NCBI GenBank assembly: GCA_013239625.1 | Contig: MU053482.1 | Location: 3,309,922-3,373,921 of the forward strand | From: Lama guanicoe | Taxonomy: Eukaryota | Direction of reading: 5' to 3' | Length of the DNA: 64,000 nucleotides | Part shown: one piece after another, positions 62,891-64,000 of the stretch | How positions within the stretch are numbered: position 1 is the first letter of the stretch | How the letters are laid out: every line of letters begins with the position of its first letter | Notes under the pieces: generated by a model | What the model was told of the DNA's origin: nothing | The model's database searches: none | Seen by the model: the letters and a program-made list of their open reading frames with translations, nothing else | Translations under genes and position numbers: made by a program

Positions 62891-64000
62891 TTATCTCTCC
62901 TGTGAAATTAAGTTAACTCCTTAGCTGACATTCAAGGCTCTCTACAATCAGTTTTCGAGTAGTCTTTGTAGCCTTATCTCCACTGCTGCATCACACATGT
63001 TCTATTATCAGCCAAATTTTCACCTCCTTGCTTTTATTCATGCTGTTCCCTTAAACTGACCTCTTTTCATCTCACCATCAGTTGCTGAGAAACTTCCCAG
63101 TTGGCAAGGCCTAAGTTAAATACCACCTAATCCATGAGGATTGCCTCATTCAGAGGTTGTCTGCCTCCTCCTGGAGTGTTACCATTGTAACTGTTTTTAA
63201 TCAAGAACCAGGAGATGAGTTTGGCCCCTGAGAGTGAAATTTAACGTCAAAGTTCATGTGACAAATGTCCTGAGTTTCCATGGATATGCCCCTCCTGGAG
63301 AGCCCATCTCTGAATTCCTCAGGCTTTAGAGGCACCGTTGGCTCCAGAACTTCCCCACTGGAGGGGCTGGAAGGCAATCTGGTGGAAGGGGAAGCAAAAG
63401 TCTTGTTTTGCATGGCAAACACACTGATTTCACTGTGATGTATTTATGCTCAGGGGAGGAGGCTAAAAGGTTAGGGTCAGGTCACGTTGGTCCTGCTGAT
63501 GGACCATGGACATTTCCTAAACTGTGAGTGAGGAAATGGAGTATTTAGATCTGGCCAATAAGGAAACCAGCTCTAACCTAAGCTGTTCTTGGAAGTGAGA
63601 ATGTGAATACAGGTGCAAGGAGGTCCAGTGGAGCCTGTCGAGAGACAAGCCAGAACTGTAGCCTCAGCAGGCAAACACCCCACTTCTCCAGGGACCTCTC
63701 AGGTCTGATGGGAGCTTGGCCTAGATTTTGGCCTACTGAGAATCATGGGCAGGAGGTCAGGCTAGGGCTAGAAGTGTGCTCACCTCTGGGAAGTGGGTTG
63801 GGGTCTGTCCCCAGGGATCCCAAGGGTCTGGCTATGCTTGGGAGCATGAAGTTGGGGGTGTGTGTGACCTGGTGTCTAGGTATCCTCCTCCTGAACCAAA
63901 GGGTTGGGTGAGGAGGTATGCAGTATAGGGCAAGGGTCAGGCCTGACGCAGGCCTGATGGAGAGGACTTGAGAGATGCTCCTTGAAACTGCTGTGTGAGG

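Noticed and set aside
1..64000. CRISPR arrays, rRNA, prokaryotic systems, AMPD3 or SBF2 exons
   Set aside because: None seen; the sequence is mammalian and no such coding matches were recognised

Overview
Mammalian genomic DNA, most likely a camelid (six copies of a tRNA-Ala-derived SINE of the camelid vic-1 type). The only intact gene is ADM (preproadrenomedullin, + strand, 4 exons, ~8362-10662, 187 aa), flanked by CpG-rich regulatory DNA with HIF, C/EBP, AP-1/ARE and CTCF-like motifs. The remaining ~52 kb looks like ordinary repeat-rich intergenic DNA (L1, L2, MIR, MLT1, ERV1 solo LTRs, an ERVL pol/dUTPase remnant). Reading the repeat-free islands on the minus strand, however, reveals a chain of about 20 decayed exons (~11.9-54.4 kb) with mostly canonical splice sites and mutually compatible intron phases. 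They appear to encode a large, now-disabled protein with at least one PX-domain-like segment, i.e. a probable unitary pseudogene convergent on ADM that I cannot name. Other notable items are an exact 345-bp tandem duplication inside an old L1, an EPO-enhancer-like HRE cluster 3' of ADM, and lineage-specific changes in ADM. Repeat family names come from recalled consensus features and their boundaries are approximate unless a TSD is quoted.
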